Notes: a model not told the origin generated them from the letters alone. A stretch of 64,000 nucleotides of DNA from Methanomassiliicoccaceae archaeon (GCA_963827135.1 CAWGZX010000003.1:1784-65783), one strand, 5' to 3'; positions 36,271 through 46,168 are shown, counted from the first letter of the stretch. Numbers and translations: made by a program.

Positions 36271-37605
36271 ATGGTAGCAGGGCAATGGGCCTCGGCATTC
36301 GGGGCGGAAACATCCGAATGGCTCTCCACCTATGGTTGGCCCCTGCTGCTGCTCTTCATGCTGTTCGTCATCTGTCTCTACATCTGGTCCTATCTCAATA
36401 AGAACCTGGAGAGGATGAAGCGCATCGACTCCGATTACCTCGATTCCGATGTCGTCGAGTACCTGGGACGGATGACCAAGGCCATAATGATCATCGTTCT
36501 CCTCTTCGTACTGGCCTACGTTCTGACACTGATCTGGCCCGAGTTCAACGACCAGGTCTGGGAGCCCTACCTGGGCATCTTCATCCAGATCGTGATAATC
36601 ATCATGGTCCTGATCTTCGCTGGTCTGATCGTCAAGGTGCTTAGGCACTTCTCCCGGCGCTCTAGGATGACTGGTAAAGGTGGCAAGGCGAGGTCGGGGA
36701 GCACAGTGGAGTTCACCAGCCTGCTGCTCTCGTACGTGGTGTACATCGCCGCGGCGGTCGTGGTGGTAATCTTCCTCCTTGCCTTCTTCGCCGATGTTGA
36801 TGCGATAGACTGGCTTTCGGATTTCTGGAACAACGAGAATAATGCTGCTCGAATCGAGGCATTGGTGATATTCCTGGTCGCGGTCATTCTCGTGACTCGT
36901 CTATCCAACGCGATCTTCGAGGACTACAAGTTCCGGACCAAGAAGTTCAACCCTCAGGTAATCGACCTTTTCAAGTCGCTGGTTCGCAACGCGCTGTACC
37001 TGATCGCCATCCTGGTCTCGATCTTCATGCTTTTCGCGATCATGGGGCTGCAAGAGGTCGGCTTGGTGCTCGTTGTGATCATCGTCGTCTTCATCTGCCT
37101 GGTGATAGCCCTCTCCTATGCTACGGTCAAGAACATCATCGCCGGGCTGGCGATAATGAACGCGGACATCTTCAACGTCGGAGAGAAGATCAAGCTGGGC
37201 AAGGACCTGGTGTGCGAGGTGGTGGAGAAGAACCTCATATTCACCAAGGTGCGGACAGAGGATGGGGAGACGGTCAACGTTCCCAACAGCGAGATCATCT
37301 CCGAGAATGTCCTCAACTACAGCCGCTCGGTGGCGCATGGCATCTGGATCAGCTTCGACCTCCCGTCAAGGATACGACACGATGAGGTCGAGAGGCTGGT
37401 AAAGCGGGCGGTTGCCAAGGTCGACGGCCTGATGAAAGAGCCTGCCCCGGAGATATTCGCACGTGACCTGGTTGGGAGCAAGATGAGATACCAGGTGAAC
37501 GCCTATGTGCTGGACGCGCTCAAGGCCAAGCGGGTGCGCTCTGACCTCATCTTCAGCATACAGGAGGAGCTGGCAAGTGATGAGAAGATATCCTTCCTCG
37601 ATTGA
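36271..37605 (+). CDS. Mechanosensitive ion channel (MscS family)
   Basis: Multiple N-terminal TM helices, then NIIAGLAIM...FNVGEKIKLG...VVEKNLIFTKVRTEDGETVNVPNSEI, the MscS pore-helix/beta-domain signature. Confidence 0.85.
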   Translation: MVAGQWASAFGAETSEWLSTYGWPLLLLFMLFVICLYIWSYLNKNLERMKRIDSDYLDSDVVEYLGRMTKAIMIIVLLFVLAYVLTLIWPEFNDQVWEPYLGIFIQIVIIIMVLIFAGLIVKVLRHFSRRSRMTGKGGKARSGSTVEFTSLLLSYVVYIAAAVVVVIFLLAFFADVDAIDWLSDFWNNENNAARIEALVIFLVAVILVTRLSNAIFEDYKFRTKKFNPQVIDLFKSLVRNALYLIAILVSIFMLFAIMGLQEVGLVLVVIIVVFICLVIALSYATVKNIIAGLAIMNADIFNVGEKIKLGKDLVCEVVEKNLIFTKVRTEDGETVNVPNSEIISENVLNYSRSVAHGIWISFDLPSRIRHDEVERLVKRAVAKVDGLMKEPAPEIFARDLVGSKMRYQVNAYVLDALKAKRVRSDLIFSIQEELASDEKISFLD

Positions 37606-37611
37606 TCCCCC

Positions 37612-38874
37612 TCACTCGATGCTCTCCTGCCCCTGCATGTAGGGCCTGAGTATCTCGGGTATGGTGATGCTCCCGTCCTGGTTCTGATAGTTCTCCATTA
37701 TCCCGACCATGGTCCTGGGAAGGGCTACGCCCGAGCCGTTGAGGGTGTGCAGGAACTCGCTCTTGAGGTGCGGCTCGCGTCTGAACTTGACCCTCGCCCT
37801 CCGCGCCTGGAAATCGGTGAAGCAAGAGCATGATGAGCACTCCAGCCACATGTTGGTACCGGGCGCCTGCACCTCGATGTCGTAGGTCTTGGCACTGGCG
37901 AAACCCATGTCCCCTGTGCATAGAAGCAGGACATGATATGGAAGGCCCAGTAACCGGAAGACGTCCTCGGCGTCGTTGGTCAGCGATTCCAGCTCGGCAT
38001 AGGAGCCCTCCGGCGCCACGAACTTGACCAGCTCCACCTTATTGAACTCATGCACCCTGATGATCCCGCGCATCTCCGCATGCCGTCCCGCCTCCCTCCT
38101 GAAGGAAGGCAGGTAGGCGGTGAGGTAGACCGGGAGCTGGTCCATCTCCAGGATCTCGTCCTGGAGCAAGTTGGTCAAAGGCACCTCCGCCGTCGGGTTC
38201 AGCCAGAGGTCGTCCCTCTCGCACCAGTACATGTCGTCCTTCATCTTGGGATACTGGCCGGTGCCGATGACCGCCGCCCGGTTCACCACCACCGGAGGGA
38301 AGATCTCCAGGTAGCCCTGGTTCCGGTGCAGGTCGAGCATGAAGTTGATCATCGCCCTCTCCAAGCGTGCCCCGTCCCCCTTCAGCGCGTAGAAGCCGCT
38401 GCCAGCTACCTTGGCGCCGCGCTTGAAGTCAATGATGTCCAGCTCTTCGCCCAAGACGATATGGTCCTTGGGGATGAAGTCGAACTGGCGCAGGTCCCCT
38501 CCTTCCCTCATCAGGACGTTGTCCGCAGAGCTTGAGCCGACCGGTACCGTCGCATCAGGGATGTTGGGGATGTTGAGCACTATCTCGGTACGGGACTCCT
38601 CCAGGCTGGCCGCGCGAGCGTCGAGCTCGGAGATGCGGGTCGCGACCTCCTTCATCTCCGCGATCCTCTTCCTCTTCTCCTCGTCCTTGAGCTTGGGTAT
38701 CTGTTCCGCGACCTGGTTCCGGTGGCGCTTGAGCTGGTTAGAATCCTCGATGATCTTGCGCCATTCGCCGTCCACGGACAGGAACTGCTCCAGTATCTCA
38801 TCGGTATAGTTGCGGTTCCTGAGCATGGTCCTGATCTGCTCCGGGTTCTTGCGGATTACGTCCACGTCGAGCAT
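37612..38874 (-). CDS. serS: Seryl-tRNA synthetase
   Basis: 420 aa. N-terminal coiled-coil arm and class II core motifs (FRREAG, GSGVALPRTMVGIMENYQ). Confidence 0.9.
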   Translation of the reverse strand: MLDVDVIRKNPEQIRTMLRNRNYTDEILEQFLSVDGEWRKIIEDSNQLKRHRNQVAEQIPKLKDEEKRKRIAEMKEVATRISELDARAASLEESRTEIVLNIPNIPDATVPVGSSSADNVLMREGGDLRQFDFIPKDHIVLGEELDIIDFKRGAKVAGSGFYALKGDGARLERAMINFMLDLHRNQGYLEIFPPVVVNRAAVIGTGQYPKMKDDMYWCERDDLWLNPTAEVPLTNLLQDEILEMDQLPVYLTAYLPSFRREAGRHAEMRGIIRVHEFNKVELVKFVAPEGSYAELESLTNDAEDVFRLLGLPYHVLLLCTGDMGFASAKTYDIEVQAPGTNMWLECSSCSCFTDFQARRARVKFRREPHLKSEFLHTLNGSGVALPRTMVGIMENYQNQDGSITIPEILRPYMQGQESIE

Positions 38875-38985
38875 GGCTCTCCAACCAATTCAGCAAGAAC
38901 CGCCTTTCCCACCATAAATCCTTTGGTCATCGACATGCTGGCCCACCCGGAAGCCATGGCGCGCAATAGCGGAGAACTGGCCAGA

Positions 38986-39285
38986 CTATTTCGCGACCAT
39001 CCTGCGGTCGCATAGAAGGATGGTATTGCCCCGGATCTCGATCAGCTCCGCCCCCGCCCTGGTGGCGAGCTCCTCGGCCATCTCCTTCTTCTTTTCCGAT
39101 GACGAAGCGAGCACCTTGACCTTCACCAGGCGATGCACTTTCATCTGGATCATAAGCTCCTCGACAAGGCCATCGGTCACTCCCTCCTTTCCGATGTGCA
39201 TGGTGGCCTTAAGTTCGGTGCCCTTCCCCTTCAGTTCCTTCTTTGTCAGCTTTTTCTCCATTTCTCTCACCCTTGTTTCTGACAT
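38986..39285 (-). CDS. YhbY/CRS1-type RNA-binding protein
   Basis: LTKKELKGKGTELKATMHIGKEGVTDGLVEEL...HRLVKVKV fits the CRM/YhbY domain pattern. Confidence 0.7.
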   Translation of the reverse strand: MSETRVREMEKKLTKKELKGKGTELKATMHIGKEGVTDGLVEELMIQMKVHRLVKVKVLASSSEKKKEMAEELATRAGAELIEIRGNTILLCDRRMVAK

Positions 39286-39583
39286 AGGGGCGGCGCCTTA
39301 TAGAATCACAGGCGAGGCAATGCACCACCACCTTGCCATTGCGCAATCGCACCCTGCAGTTCCGACCCGGGAGGAGGAGCATCTGACAGCCATGGCAGTA
39401 CAACGTGCCTTCTGGTAGAGCGGTGTTGGTGCGCATGCTCACTGCCCGAGCGAGCTGGAAATACCGCTTGCTCCTCTCCATATTGCCTGACATGCCCTCC
39501 GCCCTCGCTAGATTGAGCAGTACCGATATCCGTGCCTCGGCTATGTCCTTCATCTCCCGGTTGGATATCCTGCGCTTGGCCAA
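39209..39583 (-). CDS. rnp4: RNase P protein component 4 (Rpp21/Rnp4)
   Basis: IAEARISVLLNLA helix, then zinc ribbon CHGCQ...CLACD. TTG start. The 3' tail overlaps the YhbY-like ORF in another frame. Confidence 0.75.
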   Translation of the reverse strand: MAKRRISNREMKDIAEARISVLLNLARAEGMSGNMERSKRYFQLARAVSMRTNTALPEGTLYCHGCQMLLLPGRNCRVRLRNGKVVVHCLACDSIRRRPYVRNKGERNGEKADKEGTEGEGHRT

Positions 39584-40104
39584 CTCTGCCCTTCCTCAGC
39601 TTACCCGAACAAGTGGTATGTTAAAACCCTTCCTCCATCAGGGGAAGAAGAACCAGGCTTGGCATACGCTCTCGCCAGTGGGCTCATAATAAATCGTCAG
39701 GATGCACTGGGTGCCTAACGGGACGTTCGGGAATTGGATGGTGCACTAGTCTCCAGCCTCGATAACGTCATTCATTCCTTGGTCTATGAGGTGGACCCAC
39801 GCTCAATAATCAGGGGAAGAAATGTAATGGGTCTGGCCACCAAAAGCGTCCTCCAACGAGGAGGTCCACCACTCGATTGTCAGTGATAAAACCGCAATCC
39901 TCATATCTTGTCTCAGGATAGAAGTCCGCAGTTCCTGCAATGGGGCATGTCCAAGCTTCCCTGTTGCCTGTATTGACTTGTTTCGCTGATAGAAGTTGGC
40001 TAGGTCTTTAGGGCGCGATCGTCGAATTCTCTGCCGCAAGGTTCATAAACCCCTTTTCTTGTGGGTGGTCAAGGATAGGGCGTTCGATTGAGGGCTCTGG
40101 GGTC

Positions 40105-40120
40105 GCTAACGGTTATATAC
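40105..40120 (+). promoter_or_regulatory. TATA box (TTATATA) for rpl10e
   Basis: CGCTAACGGTTATATAC sits 54-60 nt upstream of ATG 40173. AGGTGA Shine-Dalgarno at 40160-40165. Confidence 0.4.
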
Positions 40121-40172
40121 CCCAATCCTAATCTAGGCACCCTCTCAGTCACACTGAACAGGTGATAAAGAT

Positions 40173-40691
40173 ATGACACGCAAGCCGGCCAGGATGTACA
40201 CGCAGATTAGGGGACAGGCCTACACTCGCAAGGAGTATATGGGAGGCGTCCCGGCGCCGCGCATCACCCAATTCGTTCTCGGCAACCCCAACGCCGACTT
40301 CCCCGTCGAGTTCACGCTCTGCGTCAAGGAGCTTTGCCAGATTCGCCACACCGCTCTGGAGGCAGCCCGTATCACGGCCAACCGCCTATTGACCAAGAAG
40401 GCTGGGGCGAACAACTACTACCTCAAGATCCGGACATATCCGCACAACGTGCTGAGGGAGAACAAGCTAGCGACGGGCGCCGGCGCAGACCGTGTCTCCA
40501 GCGGTATGAGGGCAGCCTTCGGCAAGGCGATCGGCACCGCGGCCAGGGTCCAACCAGGGCAGCCAATAATCACCGTCCGCGTGCCGGCGAGCGCAGCCGC
40601 AGCGGCCAAGGAAGCGCTCTGGTCCGCTTCCCTGAAGCTCCCCACCCCCTGCTTCATCCGTGTGGAGAAGGGAAAAGAGCTCATGGTGTAA
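40173..40691 (+). CDS. rpl10e: 50S ribosomal protein L10e (uL16)
   Basis: MTRKPARMYTQIRGQAYTRKEYMGGVP is the canonical L10e N-terminus. 172 aa. Confidence 0.9.
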   Translation: MTRKPARMYTQIRGQAYTRKEYMGGVPAPRITQFVLGNPNADFPVEFTLCVKELCQIRHTALEAARITANRLLTKKAGANNYYLKIRTYPHNVLRENKLATGAGADRVSSGMRAAFGKAIGTAARVQPGQPIITVRVPASAAAAAKEALWSASLKLPTPCFIRVEKGKELMV

Positions 40692-40728
40692 GAAAACCCT
40701 TTAATCGTATCCCCTTCTTCTCATCCCG

Positions 40729-41727
40729 ATGATAGATTTCCATATCGCCGAGGTCGTCTCCTTCATCCAACGAAGGGAGGCCGACCTGGTCGCCCTCCAG
40801 TTCCCAGAGGGGCTCAAGGTCCACGCCATGGGCTTGGCCGAAGAGCTGGAACGGAGGACAGGATGCAAGTGCATCATACTGGGCGACCCTTGCTATGGCG
40901 CTTGCGACGTCAGCGTCAGCTACCGCGATGTTGCCGATGCCCTTGTCCACTTCGGCCATACTCCAATGCCAGACCTGGACGTCGGGGAGGACGTGTTCTT
41001 CGTCGAGGTCAGGCTGGAATATGGCATCGAGGACTTGCTGCCCCTCGCCCTCCCACGGATGAAGAAGCGGGTGGGCCTGGTGACCACACCTCAGCACCTG
41101 CAATGGCTGCCCAGGGTCCAAGCGTGGCTGCGGTCGAAGGACATCGATGGACTGATCGGGGAGGGGGATGCGAGGCTCAAGCACCCCGGGCAGGTCCTGG
41201 GCTGCAACGTCACCTCCGCCTCTTCGATAGCCAAGGATGTGGACCAGTTCCTATTCATCGGCTCTGGTGACTTCCATCCGTTGGCGGTGGCGATCGAGAC
41301 GGGCAAGGAGGTTATCGTCCTCGACCCCTTGATGAGGGAGGTGCGAGATGTGGGCGAGCTCAAGGACCGAGTGCTCAGGCAAAGGTATGCCTCGATAGCA
41401 TTGGCCCAGGAGGCGGGCAGCTTCGGCATCCTCATCTCCACCAAGCCCGGACAGCGGCGGCGCGTGCTGGCCATGCGACTGAGGTCCTTGATCGAGGAGA
41501 AGGGGAGGAGGGCTTCCATCATCGCCATGGACAACGTGGCTCCCGATCAGCTCCTGGCGTTCAAGGTCGACGCCTTCGTCTCCACCGCGTGCCCGCGGAT
41601 AGCCATCGATGACGCTTTGCGCTACAAGAGGCCGATGCTCACACCCATCGAGCTCGAGGTGGCGCTCGGTCTCAGAGCGTGGGAGGACTACGCGTTCGAC
41701 AGCATCCTCGCCGGCTCAGAAAAGTAG
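40729..41727 (+). CDS. dph2: Diphthamide biosynthesis enzyme Dph2 (2-(3-amino-3-carboxypropyl)histidine synthase)
   Basis: 332 aa. Archaeal Dph2 pattern ALQFPEGL ... GDPCYGACD ... FVSTACPRIAIDD. Confidence 0.8.
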   Translation: MIDFHIAEVVSFIQRREADLVALQFPEGLKVHAMGLAEELERRTGCKCIILGDPCYGACDVSVSYRDVADALVHFGHTPMPDLDVGEDVFFVEVRLEYGIEDLLPLALPRMKKRVGLVTTPQHLQWLPRVQAWLRSKDIDGLIGEGDARLKHPGQVLGCNVTSASSIAKDVDQFLFIGSGDFHPLAVAIETGKEVIVLDPLMREVRDVGELKDRVLRQRYASIALAQEAGSFGILISTKPGQRRRVLAMRLRSLIEEKGRRASIIAMDNVAPDQLLAFKVDAFVSTACPRIAIDDALRYKRPMLTPIELEVALGLRAWEDYAFDSILAGSEK

Positions 41728-42516
41728 ATGTCTCTGCCGTCTGATTCGGTGGCAATGCTTGGCCCGGAGTTCATTCTCTCGAAGGCGAGGAACCCTGAAC
41801 GGCGCATCGGGATCGGTGCGGCAGAGGACTTGGACAGGGTGCAGGCGAGCGTTTCCATCTCCAACTCCTCCGGATATGGCAGGAGCAAGGTTTACCGCGA
41901 CCCGCTGGAAATGATAAGGGATCTGAGGAAGGGGGAGCTGGATGCTGCGGTGCGCGGGAGCCTCGACTCCACTCAGATACTCAGGTCGATAAAGAGCGAG
42001 TTCTCGCTGGCCTCGGTACAGCGCATGGCCTTGCTGCAGCCTCGGAATGGCCGCATGTTCTTCTTCGCTCCGGTGGGCGTGGACGAGGGCTGGACCTACG
42101 AGCAGAAGCTCGACCTGGTCAAGAATGGTGCAAGGCTCATGAGGCAGATGGGGGTCGAGCCAAAGGTCGCATTCCTGTCCGGGGGAAGGAAGGGCGACGA
42201 AGGACGGCACCCCATCGTCGATCGGACCATGAAGGACGCCGCCAGGTTGGCAGAGGATTGCACGAGGCTCGGGATAGAGGCATCCGACAGGCAGATCCTC
42301 ATAGAGGACGCGGCCAAGGACTGCAACCTGATCGTCGCCCCAGATGGAATTTCCGGGAATCTGATCTTCCGCACCCTTCACTTCCTAGGCGACGGCCGGG
42401 CGATGGGCGCGGTCGTGCTCAACATCGATAAGGTGTTCGTGGACACCTCGAGGGCGAAGGAGAGCTATCTGGACTCCATCGCCATGGCCTCAGCCATGGT
42501 CGGCACGAGGAAATAG
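41728..42516 (+). CDS. PTA/PTB-fold protein, MtxX / methanogen-marker-like (tentative)
   Basis: 262 aa. APDGISGNLIFRTLHFLG resembles the phosphate acetyl/butyryl-transferase fold proteins annotated as MtxX in methanogens. The ATG directly follows the dph2 stop. Confidence 0.45.
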   Translation: MSLPSDSVAMLGPEFILSKARNPERRIGIGAAEDLDRVQASVSISNSSGYGRSKVYRDPLEMIRDLRKGELDAAVRGSLDSTQILRSIKSEFSLASVQRMALLQPRNGRMFFFAPVGVDEGWTYEQKLDLVKNGARLMRQMGVEPKVAFLSGGRKGDEGRHPIVDRTMKDAARLAEDCTRLGIEASDRQILIEDAAKDCNLIVAPDGISGNLIFRTLHFLGDGRAMGAVVLNIDKVFVDTSRAKESYLDSIAMASAMVGTRK

Positions 42517-42547
42517 GCTTGGGAGCCTGAGCACGCAAAAATCTAAT

Positions 42548-43048
42548 ATGCCACCTCTCCTGCGTCCTAGCATGAGGCTCGAGATCGACGGACGCGAAGC
42601 CGGCATCAAGTTCTCCGCCTGCCACTTCATACCCGGTCACGACAAATGCGGGAGATTGCACGGGCATGCCTACATCCTTCGCCTGGTGCTCCATGGGGAT
42701 AAGGGCGAGCGCGCCATGGTCATGGACTTCGTCCCTTTGAAGAGAGCCCTCCGCGGGATCGCGGACGAGCTCGACCATCACATCCTGCTCCCTGGCAACT
42801 GCCCTTACATGGAGATGCAGCTGGGGGAGGAGGTCGTGGTCAAGGTCAAAGGCAAGAGGTACGTCTTCCCGGCTGAGGACGTCATCATACTGGACGCGGA
42901 GGAGTCCAGCGCCGAGGAGATCGCCCGTGTCATAATGGAGATGCTGATGCAGAAGGTCGAGTTCCCCAAGAACGTGACCCTGGTGGAGGTGGGCGTGGAC
43001 GAGGAGCTGGGCCAGAGCGCATGGGTCTCTCGTGATCTGAGGTGCTGA
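42548..43048 (+). CDS. queD: 6-carboxy-5,6,7,8-tetrahydropterin synthase
   Basis: FSACHFIPGHDKCGRLHGHAY is the PTPS/QueD zinc and catalytic motif. Confidence 0.85.
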   Translation: MPPLLRPSMRLEIDGREAGIKFSACHFIPGHDKCGRLHGHAYILRLVLHGDKGERAMVMDFVPLKRALRGIADELDHHILLPGNCPYMEMQLGEEVVVKVKGKRYVFPAEDVIILDAEESSAEEIARVIMEMLMQKVEFPKNVTLVEVGVDEELGQSAWVSRDLRC

Positions 43049-43737
43049 GGATGCCGTTGGCCGTGGTCCTCCTCTCCGGAGGGCTCGATTCCACCGTCTC
43101 GATGGCCTACGCGCTTTCGAAGGGACACGAGGTGGTTCCCTTGAGCTTCCGTTATGGCCAGAGGCACTCCAAGGAGCTGGAGGCGGCCAAGGCCGTGGTG
43201 GCGTTCTATGGGATCAAGAGGCACGTCATCGTCGACCTGGACCTCAGCTCCTTCGAGGCCAGCGCCCTCACCTCAACCAAGGTCGACGTCCCCCAGGGCA
43301 GGACCATGGAGCAGATGGGAGCCGATATACCTGTCACCTATGTTCCAGCAAGGAACATCATCTTCCTCAGCGTGGCCGCAGGCCTTTGCGAGACCGTCGG
43401 CGCCTCTGCCATCTTCATTGGCGCCAATGCCGTCGACTACTCGGGATATCCAGATTGCAGGCCAGAGTTCTTCAAGGCCTTCGAGAAGGTATTGCAGGTC
43501 GGCACCAAGGCCGGGGTCGAGGGGCGTCCGATCCGGGTCGAAGCCCCGATACTCCGCATGAGCAAGGCGGAGATCGTCAACCTTGGCAAGGCGCTCAAAG
43601 CTCCGCTGCATCTCACCTGGTCCTGCTATCAGGGAAGGGAAAGGGCCTGTGGTCGCTGCGACTCCTGCCTCCTCCGGCTCAAAGGATTTAAGGAGGCGGG
43701 GCATCAGGACGAGATACCGTACGAGGTGGAAAGATGA
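43042..43737 (+). CDS. queC: 7-cyano-7-deazaguanine synthase
   Basis: VVLLSGGLDSTV PP-loop and C-terminal zinc cysteines CYQGRERACGRCDSC. Confidence 0.9.
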   Translation: MLRMPLAVVLLSGGLDSTVSMAYALSKGHEVVPLSFRYGQRHSKELEAAKAVVAFYGIKRHVIVDLDLSSFEASALTSTKVDVPQGRTMEQMGADIPVTYVPARNIIFLSVAAGLCETVGASAIFIGANAVDYSGYPDCRPEFFKAFEKVLQVGTKAGVEGRPIRVEAPILRMSKAEIVNLGKALKAPLHLTWSCYQGRERACGRCDSCLLRLKGFKEAGHQDEIPYEVER

Positions 43738-44363
43738 AAGTCATCGAGATCTTCCGCTCGCTCCAAGGAGAGGGGGTGTTCATCGGCACGCCCACAGTGT
43801 TCATCAGGCTGCAGGGATGCAACCTCCATTGCGAATGGTGCGACACCGATTACGCCAAGGAGGGAGGAAAGGAGATGTCCATCGAGCAGATCCTTCATGA
43901 GGTGGAGGCGCAGAAGACGCAGTTCATCTGCCTTACAGGTGGGGAGCCCTTGCTCCAGAAGGACAGCATCAGGTTGATGAACAAGCTATTGGAGAAGCTT
44001 TATCATATCACCTTGGAGACCAATGGCTCCTTCAGCCTGGAGGACGTGCCCTGCGCCGAGAACATGCTGATCTCCATGGACGTCAAGTGCCCATCCTCCG
44101 GTATGCAGGATAAGATGATGTTCGAGAACATCGAGCTTCTTTCGCCGGCGGACCAGCTCAAGTTCATCGTAGCGGACACGGAAGACCTGAAATATGCGGA
44201 AAATATTATTAAAAAATACGATATCAAATCCACCATAATCTTCACCCCGGTCGGGGGGATGGACCTGGAGCCGGTGGCAAGGTTCGTCCTGAGCAAGAAG
44301 CTCAACGCCCGCGTCCTGCCTCAGCTCCATAAGCTCATCTGGGGCGAGAGCAAGGGCGTTTGA
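43734..44363 (+). CDS. queE: 7-carboxy-7-deazaguanine synthase (radical SAM)
   Basis: SLQGEG, FIRLQGCNLHCEWCDT (CxxxCxxC). ATGA overlap with queC. Confidence 0.85.
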   Translation: MKVIEIFRSLQGEGVFIGTPTVFIRLQGCNLHCEWCDTDYAKEGGKEMSIEQILHEVEAQKTQFICLTGGEPLLQKDSIRLMNKLLEKLYHITLETNGSFSLEDVPCAENMLISMDVKCPSSGMQDKMMFENIELLSPADQLKFIVADTEDLKYAENIIKKYDIKSTIIFTPVGGMDLEPVARFVLSKKLNARVLPQLHKLIWGESKGV

Positions 44364-44566
44364 GCCTCTGGCATCTGGACGTCGAATGACACCAGTTAGC
44401 AAGGGTTAAATATCATCATTTCACTACTCAGCAACACCGATTGAGGATAGCGATGAGCGCCCGTGGCAACATCCAGAATATGCTTTTGCGCTTGCTTCTA
44501 GGTTCATTGCTATAGACTCACCGGTCGACCTGGGCTTGACGTCCGTGTCGGACTGAGGTGAATGGA

Positions 44567-46168
44567 ATGTCAGAAAACCATGAGAGTTGGACCGAGAGAA
44601 GTGGCATATACACCAGCCACTTCAATGCGCTAGTGGACATGAGCTCGGTCCCGGAGCATGTCGAGATACTCGACACGACGCTGAGGGACGGGGAGCAGAC
44701 GCCAGGGATCGCTCTGTCCATTGAGGACAAAGTGAAGATCGCTGAGGCCCTCAACGACTTGGGAGTCGATGTCATCGAGGCGGGCTTCGCCATCACCTCC
44801 GCCGGCGAGAGGGAGGCGGTCAAGAAGGTGGCCAGGCTCGGCCTTGATTCCAGGGTGTGCTCCCTGGCTCGCTGTCGCAAGGAGGACATCGATGCGGTCA
44901 TCGATTGCGGCGTCGACTACATCCACTTGTTCATCGCCACCTCAGAGATCCACCTGAAGCATAAGCTCAAGATGACGGCACCGGAGGTCAAGGCGCGCGC
45001 TGTGGACGCGGTGGAATATGCCAAGTCGCATGGCCTCACCGTTGAGTTCAGCTGCGAGGATGCCACCCGTACCAAGCTGGACTTCCTCAAGGAGATGCAC
45101 ATCGCCGTCCAAGCCGCCAAGGTGGACAAGATCAACATGCCCGATACCGTGGGCACGATGTCCCCGCCGGCCATGGAGTACCTGGTGAAGGAAGTGATGA
45201 AGGTCACCAAGGTCCCCCTCTCCATGCACAACCACAACGACTTCGGGCTGGCGGTCGCCAACTCGCTGGCCGGCGTGCGCTATGGTGCCAGGCAGGTCCA
45301 CGTCTGCGTGAACGGCCTGGGAGAGAGGGCGGGCAACGCCCCGCTGGAGGAGGTCATACTCGGCCTCATAGCATTCTTTGGGGTCAAGACCAACGTCGAC
45401 ACCAGGAAGATCGGCCCGATATCCAAGCTGGTCTCCAGGATGACCGACTTCCCCATCCCGGACAACAAGGCGGTCGTGGGCAACAACGCCTTCGCCCATG
45501 AGTCGGGCATCCACGTCCACGGAGTGCTCCGCGACCCCAGCACCTACGAGGCGTACTCGCCTGAGCTGGTCGGGGTGCAGAGGCACATCATCATGGGTAA
45601 GCACACCGGAGCCCATTCCGTGAGAGAGAAGCTCAAGGAATATGACATTCAGATCACCGAGGACCAGCTGGCCCGCGTCGTGGAGCAGATCAAGAAGCTG
45701 GCCGAGGGCGGGAAGCAGGTGGACGACGCCGAGCTCGTGGCCCTGGCCTCGCACGTGGCGGGGATGGAGGAGGACGATGCGCGCAGAATAAAGCTTAAGG
45801 AGTTCGCGGTCTTCACTGGCGTGAACGTCACTCCCACCGCGGTGGTGGCGCTGGAGATCGAGGGCCAGGTGCACCGAGGCTCGCAGATCGGCGTCGGCCC
45901 GGTGGACGCCGCGCTCCATGCTATAAGGTCCGTCCTCAAGGACAAGGTATCCTTGGAGGAGTATCGGCTCAGCGCCATTACCGGAGGCAGCGACGCGCTG
46001 TGCGAGGTGAGCGTCAAGATGAAGCTGGACGACGACGGCAAGGTGATGTCGGTCGGCAAGAGCGTTGGCTCTGACATCGTGAACACCAGCGTGGACGCCA
46101 CCATCGAGGCCATCGACCGCCTCTACCTGCGCAAGCGCAACCTGGGCAAGGAGAACATCGGCAAGTGA
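44567..46168 (+). CDS. 2-isopropylmalate synthase / (R)-citramalate synthase family
   Basis: ILDTTLRDGEQTPG, HNHNDFGLAVANS, and a C-terminal LeuA-dimer regulatory domain. ATG 44567 follows GAGGTG. Substrate (pyruvate vs 2-oxoisovalerate) is not decidable by eye. Confidence 0.85.
   Translation: MSENHESWTERSGIYTSHFNALVDMSSVPEHVEILDTTLRDGEQTPGIALSIEDKVKIAEALNDLGVDVIEAGFAITSAGEREAVKKVARLGLDSRVCSLARCRKEDIDAVIDCGVDYIHLFIATSEIHLKHKLKMTAPEVKARAVDAVEYAKSHGLTVEFSCEDATRTKLDFLKEMHIAVQAAKVDKINMPDTVGTMSPPAMEYLVKEVMKVTKVPLSMHNHNDFGLAVANSLAGVRYGARQVHVCVNGLGERAGNAPLEEVILGLIAFFGVKTNVDTRKIGPISKLVSRMTDFPIPDNKAVVGNNAFAHESGIHVHGVLRDPSTYEAYSPELVGVQRHIIMGKHTGAHSVREKLKEYDIQITEDQLARVVEQIKKLAEGGKQVDDAELVALASHVAGMEEDDARRIKLKEFAVFTGVNVTPTAVVALEIEGQVHRGSQIGVGPVDAALHAIRSVLKDKVSLEEYRLSAITGGSDALCEVSVKMKLDDDGKVMSVGKSVGSDIVNTSVDATIEAIDRLYLRKRNLGKENIGK

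Noticed and set aside
39803-40039. The 78-aa ORF as an integrase or transposase remnant (a faint ...SIQATGKLGH... resemblance to the tyrosine-recombinase IQ-x-x-LGH box).
   Set aside because: The resemblance covers only a few residues. There is no catalytic R/H/Y context, no adjacent tRNA and no inverted repeats. It is reported only as part of the unexplained spacer.
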